Assembly (NCBI GenBank): GCA_963678065.2
Contig: CAXXVZ010000003.1
Coordinates: forward strand, 320,001-384,000
DNA: 64,000 nt
Source: Treponemataceae bacterium
GTDB lineage: Bacteria; Spirochaetota; Spirochaetia; Treponematales; Rectinemataceae
Reading direction: 5' to 3'
Part shown: positions 49,371 through 58,339 of the stretch, one piece after another
How positions within the stretch are numbered: the first letter of the stretch is position 1
Layout of the letters: each line of letters opens with the position of its first letter
The notes under the pieces: model-generated
Told to the model about the DNA's origin: nothing
The model's input: the letters and a program-made list of their open reading frames with translations, nothing else
The model's database searches: none
Program-made: the position numbers and the translations under genes

Positions 49371-50186
49371 ATGCAAACCAAGCATCCGGCCGCCTTCGCG
49401 GCCGGCTATGAAGCGATAGTCGACCGCGCCGGACCGGATGCGGACATGCTCATGGATTTCGGTATTGTCACCCTCGGCTCAGGGGCGAGCTGGGAATCCG
49501 GTCCTGGACTCGAGAGAGCCGTTCTCTTCATGGGCGGAGAGGCGCGTCTCGAATGGGGAGAACCTGGAGCCCCGGCTGCTGCGACCGTATCCCGGCGAAG
49601 TCTTTTCGATGAAAATCCGGCCGTTCTCCATCTCGACAGAAGAATGACCTGCAGAGTGACGGCGGGCGGGCGGGGCGCTGAACTCTCCGTGACGATGACC
49701 GAGAACGCCAAGACCTTTCCTGCGAAGCTCTACGCCCCGGAAGAGTGCCGGAGCGAAGAGCGCGGGAAAGGCACGATGCGCGAAACGAGCACCCGGATTG
49801 TGAGGACTGTCTTCGACGATTCCAACGCCCCCGACTCGAACCTCGTCATAGGCGAAGTGGTCGGGGCACCGGGGAAATGGTCGAGCTATCCACCCCATCA
49901 TCATCCGCAGCCCGAGATTTACCACTACCGCTTCCTGCCTGGCCAAGGTTTCGGCCTCACCGCTATCGGGGACCGCGCCTACATACTCTCAGACAAGGAT
50001 ACCATCCTCATCCGCGACACCGAGGATCATCCGCAGGTGACCGCCCCCGGCTATGCGATGTGGTACCTCTGGGTGATCCGGCATCTCGACGCTGATAGGT
50101 ACATCACCCCCCGCTTTACCGAACAGCATGCATGGGTGGCCGGACCCGATGCCGACATCTGGCTTCCTCCTTCGGAACGGACCTGA
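49371..50186 (+). CDS. iolB: 5-deoxy-glucuronate isomerase
   Basis: RRSLFDE, LVIGEV...GKWSSYPPHHHPQPEIYHYRF, HPQVTAPGYAMWYLW. Start ATG 49371 after AAGGAG. Confidence 0.92.
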   Translation: MQTKHPAAFAAGYEAIVDRAGPDADMLMDFGIVTLGSGASWESGPGLERAVLFMGGEARLEWGEPGAPAAATVSRRSLFDENPAVLHLDRRMTCRVTAGGRGAELSVTMTENAKTFPAKLYAPEECRSEERGKGTMRETSTRIVRTVFDDSNAPDSNLVIGEVVGAPGKWSSYPPHHHPQPEIYHYRFLPGQGFGLTAIGDRAYILSDKDTILIRDTEDHPQVTAPGYAMWYLWVIRHLDADRYITPRFTEQHAWVAGPDADIWLPPSERT

Positions 50187-50221
50187 GGTCCATAGGGCGC
50201 CACAGACAACAGGAGATGATT

Positions 50222-52087
50222 ATGGAAACCATAAAGCTGACAGTCGGCCAGGCTCTCGTCCGTTTCCTCGACAACCAGTACATCGAGCTGGACGGCGAAG
50301 AAAGCAAATTCGTCGAAGGTGTCTTCGGCATATTTGGTCACGGAATCGTCGTCGGACTGGGCGAGGCGCTCGCGGCGCCGGGGCATGGTCTTACGTTTTA
50401 TCAGGGAAAGAACGAACAGGGTATGACGCATGCCGCCATCGGTTTTGCCAAACAGAATGACTGCAGGAGGATCATGGCCGTGACGACATCCATCGGCCCG
50501 GGAGCCCTCAACATGGTCACTGCGGCAGGCACAGCCACCGTCAACCACGTTCCTGTCCTCCTTCTGCCGGCGGACGCCTACGCCTGCAGGCAGCCCGATC
50601 CTGTTCTTCAGCAGGTCGAGACCCCGGATGACTACACAAACACCGCCAACGATGCCTTCAGGGCGGTATCCCGGTACTGGGACAGAGTGAACAGGCCGGA
50701 ACAGCTCATGACGGCCATGATCAATGCCATGCGCGTATTGATCGATCCGGTGCAGGCCGGGGCCGTGACCATCGCGCTACCCCAGGATGTACAGGGCGAG
50801 GCCTACGACTATCCCGTCGAGTTCTTCGCAAAGCGAGTCCACCACATCGAGAGGCGCATCCCTTCCGAGGCTGCGGTGGAGCGCGCGGTCGCCATGATCC
50901 AGGCGGCGTCAAAGCCTCTCGTCATCTGCGGCGGAGGCGTGCGCTACTCCCGTGCGGGAGCCGAACTCGCGGCGTTCTGCAGGAAATTCCACATTCCCTT
51001 CGGCGAGACACAGGCAGGCAAGGGCGTCATCCTCTGGGACAATCCCTACAATCTTTCAGGAATCGGACTTACCGGAAGTCAGGCCGCGAACCGCATCGCC
51101 AAGGCCTCCGACCTCGTCATCGCGGTCGGAACACGGCTTGGAGACTTCACCACCTGCTCCAAGTGGCTTTTTCAGAATCCGGACTGCAGATTCCTCGGCA
51201 TCAACGTCGCTTCCTTCGATGCATACAAGATGAACGCCGAACCGATGATCGCCGACGCGAAGCTCGCGCTCGCGGCGATCACCCGATCTCTCGCGAGGAA
51301 AGGATATCATTCCGCGTGGGGTGACGCGATCGAGCGCGAGCGCGCACTTTGGAAGGCGGAAGTGGACAGGTTGTACTCCGAAGATGTGCCCGAGGGGCTT
51401 TCCCAGGCTCGCGCGCTCGGGGAGCTGAACGACAGGCTCCTTCCGCGCGACGCGGTCTGCATCTCCGGCTCCGGATCGATCCCAAGCGACATGCAGCGCG
51501 TTTGGCGCGTCCGTGTTCCGGGGACCTACCATATGGAGTACGGATTCTCCTGCATGGGCTACGAAGTGGCGGCCGGTCTCGGCGTCAAGATAGCGGAGCC
51601 GGACCGGGAAGTCGTCGTCATCGTTGGGGACGGCGCCTACACCATGCTGCACACCGAACTTCTGACCGCCGTGCAGGAGGGCAGGAAGATAATCGTCGTC
51701 GTGCTTGACAATTCCGGATTCCACTGCATCGACAATCTCCAGAACAGCCAGGGCATCGAACATTTCGCCAACGAGTGGAGGAGCCGCGACCCGGCTACCG
51801 GCAGGCTCACCGGGCCTACGGTCAAAGTCGATTTCGCCAAGAACGGCGAGAGCTGGGGCGCTGTCGGTCTTCGTGCGCGCACGGTCGACGAGTTCAGAAA
51901 GGCGGTCAGACGGGCGCTCAAGGAAAAAGGACCTGTCGTCATCGACGCCAAGGTCGCTCCCAAGTCCATGACCAAAGGGTACGAATCCTTCTGGCGCGTG
52001 GGCACCGCGGAAGTCTCGCACAATCCGGCCGTCGTGGCGGCAGCAGCCGTCGTCAAGGCCGAAGTTGCCAAATCCAGAAAATTCTAG
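50222..52087 (+). CDS. iolD: 3D-(3,5/4)-trihydroxycyclohexane-1,2-dione acylhydrolase
   Basis: LTVGQALVRFL.NQY, GIFGHG, RQPDPVLQQ, YHMEYGFSCMGYE and the ThDP motif GDGAY...DN. Confidence 0.95.
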   Translation: METIKLTVGQALVRFLDNQYIELDGEESKFVEGVFGIFGHGIVVGLGEALAAPGHGLTFYQGKNEQGMTHAAIGFAKQNDCRRIMAVTTSIGPGALNMVTAAGTATVNHVPVLLLPADAYACRQPDPVLQQVETPDDYTNTANDAFRAVSRYWDRVNRPEQLMTAMINAMRVLIDPVQAGAVTIALPQDVQGEAYDYPVEFFAKRVHHIERRIPSEAAVERAVAMIQAASKPLVICGGGVRYSRAGAELAAFCRKFHIPFGETQAGKGVILWDNPYNLSGIGLTGSQAANRIAKASDLVIAVGTRLGDFTTCSKWLFQNPDCRFLGINVASFDAYKMNAEPMIADAKLALAAITRSLARKGYHSAWGDAIERERALWKAEVDRLYSEDVPEGLSQARALGELNDRLLPRDAVCISGSGSIPSDMQRVWRVRVPGTYHMEYGFSCMGYEVAAGLGVKIAEPDREVVVIVGDGAYTMLHTELLTAVQEGRKIIVVVLDNSGFHCIDNLQNSQGIEHFANEWRSRDPATGRLTGPTVKVDFAKNGESWGAVGLRARTVDEFRKAVRRALKEKGPVVIDAKVAPKSMTKGYESFWRVGTAEVSHNPAVVAAAAVVKAEVAKSRKF

Positions 52088-52099
52088 AGGAGATACATC

Positions 52100-52987
52100 A
52101 TGAGCGGAAAAATCAGACTTGCCATAGCGCCCATCGGCTGGACGAACGATGACCTTCCGGAGCTCGGCGGCCAGATTCCCTTCGAACAGTGCGTCAGCGA
52201 GATGGCTCTCGCCGGATTCGAGGGCAGTGAGGTCGGCAACAAGTACCCCAAGGATCCTGCCGTACTCAACAAGGCTCTCGCGCTTCGCGGGCTCACCATC
52301 TGCAACGCCTGGTTCTCGAGCTTCCTCACCACGAAGCCCCTGAAGGAAGTCGAAAAGGAATTTATCGCCCACCGCGACTTTCTCTACGCGGTCGGCGCGC
52401 GGGTCATCGGCGCCGCCGAGCAAGGTAATTCCATTCAAGGCAAGGATATTTCAGTTTTTGGAGCGAAACCTGTTTTCTCCGCCGACGAGTGGAAAAAGCT
52501 TGGCGATGGGCTGAACCACCTCGGTGAGCTCGCGAACGAGAAGGGCATGAAGCTCACCTACCACCATCACATGGGCACGGGCGTCCAGACCGCCTCCGAA
52601 ATCGATAAACTCATGGAGCTGACGGAGCCAGGGCTCTGCGACCTCCTCTACGACACGGGGCATCTCGTGTTCTCGGGCGAGGACCACCTGGCCATACTCG
52701 AAAAATATGCGTCCCGCATCAAGCACGTTCATCTCAAGGACCTGCGCCCCGCGGTCGTGGCCAAGGTCAAAGCCGAGGGGTGGAGCTTTCTCAAAGCCGT
52801 CAAATCCGGAGCCTTCACTGTGCCAGGCGATGGCTGCATCGATTTTGTCCCTGTCTTCGGCGCACTCAAGAAATCGGGCTACGAGGGCTGGTGGGTCGTC
52901 GAGGCCGAACAGGACCCCGCCCTCGCCAATCCTTTCGAGTATGCGGTGAAGGCCCGAACCTATATCCGGGAGAAAGCAGGCATCTGA
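52100..52987 (+). CDS. iolE: myo-inosose-2 dehydratase
   Basis: [46 protein letters not shown]. Confidence 0.95.
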   Translation: MSGKIRLAIAPIGWTNDDLPELGGQIPFEQCVSEMALAGFEGSEVGNKYPKDPAVLNKALALRGLTICNAWFSSFLTTKPLKEVEKEFIAHRDFLYAVGARVIGAAEQGNSIQGKDISVFGAKPVFSADEWKKLGDGLNHLGELANEKGMKLTYHHHMGTGVQTASEIDKLMELTEPGLCDLLYDTGHLVFSGEDHLAILEKYASRIKHVHLKDLRPAVVAKVKAEGWSFLKAVKSGAFTVPGDGCIDFVPVFGALKKSGYEGWWVVEAEQDPALANPFEYAVKARTYIREKAGI

Positions 52988-53147
52988 TAGGATGCGAAAA
53001 CTCGATGCGTTTTGCCGGCCCGTTAAAAACGGGCGTGGATGCGGAATGCGTGGGATTCATGGAGACATGGCCGCGAGAGGGCGGCCATATCGGGCGGCGG
53101 GTCTCTCCGGAAGGCTAGACTCGATCGAGCAATGACAGGAGGAAATC

Positions 53148-54176
53148 ATGGCGAAGGTGCGAGTGGGAGTGGCGGGATACGGAGTGATAGGGCAGAGGCT
53201 GGCGGACGGGGTGGCGCTGCAGGGGGACATGGAGCTGGTGGGTGTGGCGGACGTTGCGCCGACGCTGTCGGTGCGAGCGCTGCGCGAGCGGGGGATGCCA
53301 TACAAATTCTACACAGCACTTCCTGAGAAGCGAGCGGAGCTGGATAAGGCGGGCATTCCGATAACGGGCACGCTCGAGGAGCTCGTGCAGAGCGTGGACG
53401 TGATGCTGGACGCGACGAGCGCGGGGGTTGGGGCGAAGAACAAGGAACTGTACGCGAAATACGGGAAGAAGGGGATATTCCAGGGAGGGGAGAAGAACTC
53501 GGTGGCGGATGTGTTCTTCCACGGGTACGCGAACTACGAGAAGGGGTTGGGGGCGCAGTTTCTGAAGTTGACGAGCTGCAACACGACGGGGTTGATCCGG
53601 GCGGTGGACTGTCTTGACCGGGAAGTCGGGGTCGAGAAAGTGGCGATCACGATCATCCGCCGCGTGGCCGATCCGGGGGACTACCACCGGGGTCTGACGA
53701 ACGCGCTGCAACTTGAGCATGCGCCGAGCCATCAGGCGCTCGACCTGATGACGATCATGCCGCAGGTGGACGCGACGGGGATCCTTGTGCACACGCCGGT
53801 GACGCACGGGCACATCATCACGGTATTGGCGACGACGAAGAAGACGGTGAGCCCGGAGAGCACGCGCGAGATGTTGGCGGAGCATCCGCGGATCAGGATG
53901 GTGAGTCTGGCGGAAGGGTTTTTGGGGAACGCGAGCTTTTTCCGGTACGCGCGGGATCTGGGGAATCCGCGAGGGGACATGTACGAGATCGGGTGCTGGG
54001 AAGACTCGATCGTGATGAGCGGGAAGGATGTGATGTTTGCGATCAACATACCGCAGGAGTCGGTGGTGATACCGGAGAATATGGACGGGGTGCGGGCGTG
54101 CATGGGGATGCAGTCCGACAGGCTGGAAGCGACGGGGATGACGAACAAGTATCTGGGCATCGGGAAGTGGCGCTGA
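53148..54176 (+). CDS. Class II (archaeal-type) glyceraldehyde-3-phosphate dehydrogenase homologue
   Basis: GYGVIGQRLAD.V..Q.DM.LVGV, IFQGGEK, catalytic SCNTTGL, IRRVADP, ES.VIPEN.D.VRA: all class II GAPDH hallmarks. Confidence 0.88.
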   Translation: MAKVRVGVAGYGVIGQRLADGVALQGDMELVGVADVAPTLSVRALRERGMPYKFYTALPEKRAELDKAGIPITGTLEELVQSVDVMLDATSAGVGAKNKELYAKYGKKGIFQGGEKNSVADVFFHGYANYEKGLGAQFLKLTSCNTTGLIRAVDCLDREVGVEKVAITIIRRVADPGDYHRGLTNALQLEHAPSHQALDLMTIMPQVDATGILVHTPVTHGHIITVLATTKKTVSPESTREMLAEHPRIRMVSLAEGFLGNASFFRYARDLGNPRGDMYEIGCWEDSIVMSGKDVMFAINIPQESVVIPENMDGVRACMGMQSDRLEATGMTNKYLGIGKWR

Positions 54177-54201
54177 GGGCGCGGGGGACAAGGAGAAGCC
54201 G

Positions 54202-55497
54202 ATGAGCGGAGCCCGACTGAAGATGAAGCCCGTGACCGAGTGTGCGCTTGCAGGGAAGACGGTGTTGTTTCGGCCTGACATCAACTCGCCGATCGATCCG
54301 GAGACGAAGCGGATCGTGAACAGGAACCGGCTGGAGAAGACGGTGCCGACCTTGAATCTGCTTTTGGAGGGTAAAGCGAAGGTGGCGCTGATAGCGCATC
54401 AGGGCGACACGCTGGATTATCAGAATCTGATACCGATGGAGGAGCACGCGGCGATCCTGACGAAGCTGACGGGGAAGAAGGTGGGCTACATCGACGATGT
54501 GTGCGGACCTGCGGCCTGTCAGGCGGTGAGCACGCTTGCGCCCGGTGAGGCGGTGATACTGGGGAACCTGCGCTACCTGAGTGAGGAGATCTCGAGCTTC
54601 GAGAGTGCGGTGAAGCTGAAGCCGAGCCAGATGCTGGACACGTGGCTGGTGAGGAAGCTTGCGCCACTTGCGGATCTGTACGTGAACGACGCGTTTGCGG
54701 CGGCACACCGGAACGCGCCCTCGATGGTGGCGTTCCAGGAGCTTGTGCCGACAGCGGCGGGGATACAGCTGATGGACGAGTATACGGCGCTGAAGTCGGT
54801 GATGGACAGTCCGAAGCGTCCCTGCGTGTACGTGCTGGGAGGAGCGAAGATATCGGACGCCTTCGACATGATGAGGAAGGTGCTGACAGACGGGAGTGCG
54901 GACAGAATCCTGACGGCGGGCGTGACAGGGATGGTGATGCACATAGCGCGGGGAGTGGACCTCGGGCCTGCGGTGATGAAGTTTCTGGTCGACAAGGGAT
55001 TGGAGGGGTTCATTCCGGAAGCGAAGGCTCTTCTTGCCGAGTTTGGGGACAGGTATGTGTTGCCGGTGGACATGGCATACGAGTGCGCGGAACCCGGATC
55101 GATCGGCGTGCGCGCGGAAGCCCCGATCGCGGAGCTGCCGAGGGACAGGATCTTTCCGGACATCGGGCACGCGACGATCGCGCTGTTCAAGGAGCACATT
55201 GCTCAGGCGGGCTCGGTGTTCGTGAACGGGCCGGCTGGGGTGTACGAGGATGCGCGCTGGGAGGCGGGGACGAAGGAAGTGTGGCGCGCGATCGCGGAGG
55301 CTCCCGGGTACACGGTGGTGGGAGGAGGGGACACGATCAGCGCGGCGACCCGCTTTACGGACCTGTCGAAATATGGGTATGTATGTACGGGTGGCGGCGC
55401 GATGGTGCGCTTTCTCGCGGGCAAGAAGCTCCCTCTCATCGAGGCGATGGAGAAGGCCTTCGAGCGCAACCTGAACGCAGCTATCAACCGACACTAG
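54202..55497 (+). CDS. Phosphoglycerate kinase homologue, archaeal-like
   Basis: FRPDINSP, AHQG, NLRY, NDAFAAAHRN.PS, LGGAKISD, NGPAGVYE, GGGDT, CTGGGA. Confidence 0.88.
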   Translation: MSGARLKMKPVTECALAGKTVLFRPDINSPIDPETKRIVNRNRLEKTVPTLNLLLEGKAKVALIAHQGDTLDYQNLIPMEEHAAILTKLTGKKVGYIDDVCGPAACQAVSTLAPGEAVILGNLRYLSEEISSFESAVKLKPSQMLDTWLVRKLAPLADLYVNDAFAAAHRNAPSMVAFQELVPTAAGIQLMDEYTALKSVMDSPKRPCVYVLGGAKISDAFDMMRKVLTDGSADRILTAGVTGMVMHIARGVDLGPAVMKFLVDKGLEGFIPEAKALLAEFGDRYVLPVDMAYECAEPGSIGVRAEAPIAELPRDRIFPDIGHATIALFKEHIAQAGSVFVNGPAGVYEDARWEAGTKEVWRAIAEAPGYTVVGGGDTISAATRFTDLSKYGYVCTGGGAMVRFLAGKKLPLIEAMEKAFERNLNAAINRH

Positions 55498-55510
55498 AAG
55501 GAAGGAACGA

Positions 55511-56965
55511 ATGAAACTGGATCTCTCTCTCAAGGATCTTTCGAAGGCCTTTCCCGTGGATCTGACGCCCGACCAGAAAGCAAAGGCGCAAACCCTCTTC
55601 CTGAAGAAGCTCTCGATTTCGGCGCATGAGTTTTTCGGCGGCAAGATGCAGACCGTACCCATGTGTGGCCTGTGGGGCTTCAACTGGTTCAACGTCTGGT
55701 ACACGCCTGGCGTCTCTGCGGTCTCGACGACGATCCGCGACAACAACGACGCGTCGTTCGCGCTGTCGAACCGCGGAAACCTCGTCGCGGTCGTGTCCGA
55801 TTCCACTCGCGTTCTCGGTGACGGCGACTGCACGCCTCCCGGAGGACTCGGCGTCATGGAGGGCAAAGCCTTCCTCATGAAGTACCTCGGAGGCGTCGAC
55901 GCTGTGGCGCTGTGCGTGGATTCCCGCGGACCTGACGGTAAACACGATCCGGACAAGATCATCGAGTTCGTGAAGATGCTGCAGCCGAGCTTCGGAGCCG
56001 TAAACCTCGAGGACATCAGCCAGCCGAATTGCTTCAAGGTCCTGGACGAACTCCGCGAGAGCTGCGACATTCCGGTCTGGCACGACGACGCCCAGGGGAC
56101 GGCCTGCGTGACTCTCGCGGGACTCCTCAACGCCCTGAAGCTCGCGGGAAAGAAGCTCGGAGACGCGAAGATCGTGCTGCTCGGCGCCGGAGCGTCGAAC
56201 ACGACGATTGCCCGGCTGATCCTCGCGGACGGCGGCGACCCCGCGAAGATGATCATGTTTGACTCGAAAGGCGGTCTGCACCTGGGCAGGGCCGATATCG
56301 AGAAGGATAAGAGGAACTACCGCAAGTGGGAGCTCTGTCAGAGAACGAACCCCGGCAGGGTCCAGACGGAGGCCGAGGCTATCGCGGGGGCGGATGTCCT
56401 CATCGCGCTCTCGACACCCGGACCGGACACGGTGAAGCGCGAGTGGGTACACTCGATGGCGCCGAAGTCCATCGTCTTTGCCTGCGCGAACCCTGTGCCG
56501 GAGATCTGGCCGCATGCGGCGAAGGAAGAGGGCGCCTACATCGTGGCGACCGGCCGTGGCGACTTTCCGAATCAGGTCAACAACTCCGTCTGCTTCCCCG
56601 GCCTCCTCAAAGGGGCCCTGCTGGTGCGCGCCCGCAAAGTTACAGACGGAATGGCGATCCGGTGTTCGCACTCGATCGCGGACTTTGCGGAGAAGCGCGG
56701 GATCAGCGAAAACGACATCACGGCGCGGATGGACGAGTCAGAGGTCTTCGCGATCCAGGCTGCCGACGTCGCCATGAAGGCGATAGAGGAAGGAGTCGCG
56801 CGCGTGATCATGACCTGGGATGAAGTTTACAACAGGGCGAAGGCGGACATCGCGGCCTCCCGGAAACTGACAGAGGACCTCATGAGGCTGGGACACATTA
56901 AGGAGCCGCCTGAGTCGATGCTGCAGGAAGCCCTCGATTGGGCCATAGCGCAGGTCAGGAAATAA
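55511..56965 (+). CDS. NAD(P)-dependent malic enzyme (short type, no PTA domain)
   Basis: YTPGV, VMEGKA, NLEDISQPNCF, HDDAQGT, GAGAS, ANPVPEI, TGRGDFPNQVNN. Confidence 0.92.
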   Translation: MKLDLSLKDLSKAFPVDLTPDQKAKAQTLFLKKLSISAHEFFGGKMQTVPMCGLWGFNWFNVWYTPGVSAVSTTIRDNNDASFALSNRGNLVAVVSDSTRVLGDGDCTPPGGLGVMEGKAFLMKYLGGVDAVALCVDSRGPDGKHDPDKIIEFVKMLQPSFGAVNLEDISQPNCFKVLDELRESCDIPVWHDDAQGTACVTLAGLLNALKLAGKKLGDAKIVLLGAGASNTTIARLILADGGDPAKMIMFDSKGGLHLGRADIEKDKRNYRKWELCQRTNPGRVQTEAEAIAGADVLIALSTPGPDTVKREWVHSMAPKSIVFACANPVPEIWPHAAKEEGAYIVATGRGDFPNQVNNSVCFPGLLKGALLVRARKVTDGMAIRCSHSIADFAEKRGISENDITARMDESEVFAIQAADVAMKAIEEGVARVIMTWDEVYNRAKADIAASRKLTEDLMRLGHIKEPPESMLQEALDWAIAQVRK

Positions 56966-56972
56966 ACTCGCC

Positions 56973-57005
56973 AGGGTGTTGAAAACGAGCAGCTTTCAAC
57001 ACCCT
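56973..57005 (+). other. Intercistronic stem-loop between the malic enzyme and larA-like genes
   Basis: 12-bp arms AGGGTGTTGAAA/TTTCAACACCCT without a U tract. Confidence 0.55.
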
Positions 57006-57019
57006 CTACGGAGGATCGC

Positions 57020-58300
57020 ATGAAGCTGGATATTCCGTATTATGGAAAACACATACCACTCGTGCTGCCGGAGGGTGTACCGGTCGATATCCTTGAGCCG
57101 AACGACCTGGCGGGAGAAGACGGTATCCCCGGCACAGATGCTGCGGCAGCGGCGATCCGTGTGAACACGGCAGTGAATTCGCCCTTGGATGCGCTGCCGC
57201 TTCACGAGTTCCTGGCGGGAGGGGAGAAGATCCTCGTCATCGTGAACGACGCGACACGGCCGACCCCGACTCGGATCGTCCTCGACGCAATCGCGGATGA
57301 GCTCGCGAAAGCGCAGGCTCGCTTCATTGTCGCGACAGGCGCTCACCGGGCCCCGACCGAAGAAGAGTACCGCCAGATATTCGGAGCTCACTACGACGCA
57401 TTCCGTTCCCGTTGTACCGCTCACGTCGCGCGCGACGAATCGAGCCTCGTCGACCTCGGCGCGACGCGCAACGGAACGCCGATCCTCCTCAACAGGGCTG
57501 TCTTCGAGGCCGACCGCGTGGTCGCGATCGGGTCGGTGGAGCCGCACTATTTCGCGGGCTACACCGGCGGACGGAAGGCCTTCCTCCCCGGCGTTGCGGG
57601 CTTCAGGACCATCGAGGCGAACCACAAACTGGCTCTGTCCGACATGGCGCGGGCCTGCGAGCTTGCGCACAACCCCGTGAGCCAGGACATGGACGATGCC
57701 CTCAATCTCATAGCGGTGCCGGTGTTTTCCATAATGACAGTGCTCGACAAAGACCAGAACCTCGCATGGTGCTCGGCCGGGGATATCCGCTCCTCCTTCG
57801 ACGAGGCGGTGAGCAAGGCCGACGCTATTTTCACCGTGCCGATACTGAGGAAAGCGGACCTTGTGGTCTCTGTGGCGCGTTTTCCGATGGACATCGATCT
57901 CTACCAGTCGCAGAAGGCGATCGACAATGGTTCGCTGGCCCTGAAGGACGGAGGGACGCTGATCATGGTTTCGTCCTGCCGCGATGGGGTGGGGGACAGG
58001 GCTTTTCTCGACCTGATGGGCAGAGCGAAGGGCCCTGAGGACGCTCTTGCGCGGATCGGAGAGGGTTACCGGCTTGGCTATCACAAGGCGGCGAAGCTTG
58101 CCCTCATAGCGCAGCGCGCCTCCATACGGGCCGTCTGCGAGCTTGATCCTGCGCTCCTGTCGAAAGCGTTCATAGCGTCCTGCCCGGACCTGCAGAGGGC
58201 GGTGGACGATATTCTCGCCGCAGCGGGTCCCGGCGCCACCGTTGCCTTTCTCCCCGACGGAAGCGTCACTGTGCCGAGGTTCGTGACGCGGATCCCGTAA
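57020..58300 (+). CDS. LarA-family nickel-pincer 2-hydroxy-acid racemase/epimerase
   Basis: VNDATRPTP, ATGAHR, EPHYFAGYTGGRK, NH, DLYQSQKA motifs. Confidence 0.88.
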   Translation: MKLDIPYYGKHIPLVLPEGVPVDILEPNDLAGEDGIPGTDAAAAAIRVNTAVNSPLDALPLHEFLAGGEKILVIVNDATRPTPTRIVLDAIADELAKAQARFIVATGAHRAPTEEEYRQIFGAHYDAFRSRCTAHVARDESSLVDLGATRNGTPILLNRAVFEADRVVAIGSVEPHYFAGYTGGRKAFLPGVAGFRTIEANHKLALSDMARACELAHNPVSQDMDDALNLIAVPVFSIMTVLDKDQNLAWCSAGDIRSSFDEAVSKADAIFTVPILRKADLVVSVARFPMDIDLYQSQKAIDNGSLALKDGGTLIMVSSCRDGVGDRAFLDLMGRAKGPEDALARIGEGYRLGYHKAAKLALIAQRASIRAVCELDPALLSKAFIASCPDLQRAVDDILAAAGPGATVAFLPDGSVTVPRFVTRIP

Positions 58301-58303
58301 AGA

Positions 58304-58332
58304 TTGTGTTTTGGACGCGGCGGAACTATACT
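58304..58332 (+). promoter_or_regulatory. Putative leaderless promoter of the hypothetical membrane protein gene
   Basis: TTGTGT-N17-TATACT-N7-ATG (58340). Confidence 0.5.
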
Positions 58333-58339
58333 CTTCAGT

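Noticed and set aside
53017..53033. Hairpin GCCCGTT/AACGGGC after iolE as a terminator
   Set aside because: Only 7 bp and no U tract, so read-through into the gapII gene is plausible.
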